DNA of 64,000 bases. Origin: the human T2T-CHM13v2.0 reference genome, Homo sapiens. The position numbers and the translations under genes were made by a program. Below, in pieces: positions 61,082 through 64,000 of this stretch (position 1 is its first letter; the number at the start of each line of letters is the position of its first letter). The stretch lies in NCBI RefSeq assembly GCF_009914755.1, contig NC_060943.1; one strand, given 5' to 3'. The notes below the pieces were generated by a model. That model saw only the letters and a list, made by a program, of their open reading frames with translations, was not told the DNA's origin and did not search any database.

Positions 61082-61560
61082 TGTTTCTCCCTGTCTCTCC
61101 ATCTCTGTCTCTCCCCGCCTCTGTTTCACTCCCAGTCACTGTTGGTCTCTTTGTGTCTCTCTTTCTCATCCTCTGTCTCTCTGATGTCTCAGTCTCTCCC
61201 ACTGTCTCTGTCTCTTCATGTCTATCTCACCATCCCTTTCTCCTCTTTGTCTCTGCATGTCTCTTTGATGTGTCTCTGTCTCTCTGTCTCTCCCTCCCTT
61301 TGCCTTCTTTGTGTGTCTGTCCGATGTGTCTCTGTCTGTTTCTCTGTCTCTGTCTCTCTGCCCCCTTCCTCTCTGTCTCTGTTTCTCTCCAATATGTCTG
61401 TCTGTCTCTTCATCTCTGTCTCACCTTCCCTTTCTCCTCTGTCTCTGCGTGTCTCCCCTTGCCCCCTCTCTCCCTGTCTCTCTCTATCTCTGCATGTGTC
61501 TCCTTACTCCTCTCTCTCTGTCTCTCTCTGTCTCTGGGCCTCCCTCTCCCCCTTTTCCCA
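60975..61560. repeat. CT/TCTG low-complexity tract with (TG)n
   Basis: tctgtctc units; (TG)n at ~61046-61080. Confidence 0.9.
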
Positions 61561-61599
61561 GCTAATTTTACAACCTGAGCCCAACCGAAAATAGCTCCC

Positions 61600-62000
61600 T
61601 TTTAGCTGATCCGACCCGGATCCTTCTCGGGAGCCGAGGCTGGCGGGGGGTGGGGGGCATCTCGGTGCCAGCCCGCTCTGTGCCACCCGGGCCCGGCCCG
61701 CCGAGTGGGGAGTGGGTGCTGGCGGCCCTGGGGCATTCTGGGAGCCCCGGGCCGGGCTCAGCGGTGACTCAAGCGCTTTTTCACTTTTACTCTTAAGAGG
61801 AACTGTGTGGAGCCCATGGCTCCCATAAATCCTGCCGGCGGGAAGGCCGGCCTCCCCGCGCCTGCTCTGGGCCTCCCTCCCTGCCTCCCTCCCGCTGGCG
61901 CCACCGCCACGTTAGTTATTCCGGGTTTGGGGCCAAGTCCCTCTTGGCCGCAGCGTGGCGGATTCCCCGAGCCACCTCCATCCCGCCACCGGGTCCCTGT
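61600..62000. promoter_or_regulatory. Small intronic CpG-rich enhancer-like patch
   Basis: CpG enrichment, AP-1 TGACTCA at 61765-61771 (another at 60952-60958), repeat-free. Confidence 0.45.
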
Positions 62001-62609
62001 CTCATTCGTTCATTGTTTCCTTCATTCGTTCGTCCCATGCCCTCTCGGAGCACAATGTGCTTTGCTGCCATTTCTCCAGCAGGGTAACCGAGGCTGGGAG
62101 AGGCTGTCCTCCCACCCCAGACCCCCGACCTTTGTTGGATTTTCTAGATCTTCCTTAAGCATCTCCTGGGCCCTGGGGATAGGTGGGGGTGGGGGAGGCA
62201 GCAGGGCCCAGGCCCAGTGTAGGTTCTTAGAGGGAGCTTGGGGGGTGCCTACCAGGAGCAGGGGGCCTGCAGCCCCTCAGTCCCGGGAGAGGGGCTAAGA
62301 GTCAGAGAGGGCCAGGGCCTGCCCGAGGTGGCACAGTGGGGCTGGCAGAGCTGGGGTTCAGGCCATTTTCCATCTGGCGGCTTGGGCAGGTGGGCGCTCT
62401 CTCCCCGTGTGCCCCCCACCCGGGGCCTGGTGGCCTCTGATTCACTCTCTACAAGGCTCCACCACTCTCCCGCTGTATCTCCCTCTGGGTCTCTCTGTGC
62501 ATCTCTCTCTGTTTCTCCCCCTCCCCTCTCTGCGGCGGAGGTGCCTCTGCGCGCCAGGGCCAAGCGCCCTGTAAATCACCAAAGCTGGGATTCTGGCAGA
62601 GTCAGCGTT

Positions 62610-62900
62610 CTCCTCTCTCTCTCTCTCTCTCTCTGTCTCCCTCCCTTTCTCCCCCCATCTCGCTCTCTCCTCCTCTCTCCCTCTCTCCTTCTCTGTCTCC
62701 CTTTCCGTCTTTCCCTCTTCCTTTCTCTCTCTCTCCCCGTCTCCCTTCTCTCCCTCTCTCCTTCTCTCTTCTCTCTCTCTTTCTCCCTCCCTACCTCCCT
62801 CTCTGTTCCTCTTCTTTCTCTCTGTCTGTCTCTCTCTTTCTTTCTCCCTCCCTTCCTCTCTCTCTGTTCCTCCTCTTCTTTCTCTCTCTCTGTCTCTCTG
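62610..62900. repeat. CT-rich low-complexity tract
   Basis: Pyrimidine tract of (CT)n/(CCCT)n. Confidence 0.9.
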
Positions 62901-64000
62901 AGCTGGCCTCCCTCCCTGTCTCACACCAAATGGATGGGAAATGCTGCCTGGGCCTCCTGCCCCGGACACGGCCCGCCCCCCACTCTCCTGCCTGTGTCCA
63001 CGCCGACCTCACCTGGGTGCCCATCTGCCCTGAGCACACAGCGTGCGGGCACCCAAGTCCTGACCAGTTCACATCCATGAGCACACGCTGGGCGCACACG
63101 CGTGCACACTCCCTGACACCCATACGGACGAGGACACAGCTCTGCCTGCCTCGGATCTGCCTTGATGGGGGTCACCAACACACAGACCTAGAGTGCCCCT
63201 CACATCTGCCTGAAAATCTTGCTCAGGAGGTGCCAAACCCAATATAGTACCTGGTATAGAGAAGGTGCCAAATAACTGCTATAGAGTGGTGCCAAATAAG
63301 TGTTGCTGTGCTTGTGATTGTTGCTAAACTAATTCTCCTCTTTCCTGACTCTGGTGGGTGACCTGCCCCCACCCCCGGACCGTTTCTTGCCCTGAAATGA
63401 AGTCAGCAGAAACCCCCACTTCCTCAGGGCTGCTGCAGATTCAGGGAGGCAGCACAATTTTTTTTTTTTTTTTTTTTTGAGGTAGAGTCTCGCTCTGTCG
63501 CCCAGGCTGGAGTGCAGCGGTGCGATCTTGGCTCACTGCAGCCTCCGGGGAGGCAGGACATTTCTGAGGTCCACAGTGCAGGGCTTGGTACTCAGTAGGT
63601 GCCCAATAAATACCTGTTGCATGAATGAATGAATGAATGAATGAATGAATGAATGTTTTTGGTTGAGAGGCGGGACTTTGGTCTTCCCGAGCCTCCATTT
63701 CTCCGCCAACATAAAATAAAAAACATAATGGCACTTTCCTCAGAGACATCGATGTACCTTAGTCCGACACCTGGTATACAGTAGGTGCCAAATAAGTGCT
63801 GCTGTGCTTATGGTTGTTGCTAAACTAGTAATTGCATTGAACACCCCAGAGGCATTTTCCAGTTTCCCTCCCTTCCCTCTGTGTGTATTTGCGCAGCGTA
63901 AGCCCAGCTTTGGGCTGGGTGACAAGGACAGTGGTGACCTGGAAAGGCCCAGGCTCAGACCCCTCTCTACTGTGGCATTTCTGTTAGTTTTTCTTTTCTT

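Overview
Primate (very likely human, distal 19p13.3) genomic DNA that is GC-rich and extremely Alu-dense (roughly 60 Alu/FLAM copies). It holds the 5' end of NFIC (Nuclear Factor I C/CTF) on the + strand and no complete gene. Three first coding exons are visible, each ending in a phase-0 GT donor that fits the shared NFI exon 2 (DEFHPF..., outside the window). They are the canonical [10 protein letters not shown] exon (58769-58798), an ATG-only exon in the main CpG island (51817-51819), and a distal exon ~47 kb further upstream (4689-4784). The distal exon encodes a 32-aa N-terminus that aligns without gaps to the long NFIA N-terminus as I recall it (KWQLCYD...WWM), and it is preceded by a strong-context uORF. 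Most long ORFs in the track are artefacts of simple repeats, Alus or GC-rich islands. Other observations: (1) L2-derived repeat copies ~88-90% identical to each other across 31 kb, one with a near-perfect CTCF motif; (2) a ~3-kb (CCTT/CCCT)n polypyrimidine array with internal higher-order duplication, sitting in an old tandem duplication; (3) two candidate extra phase-0 micro first exons; (4) several dense motif clusters. Repeat-family names and paralog sequences come from recalled consensus sequences, not from a database search, and repeat boundaries are approximate.
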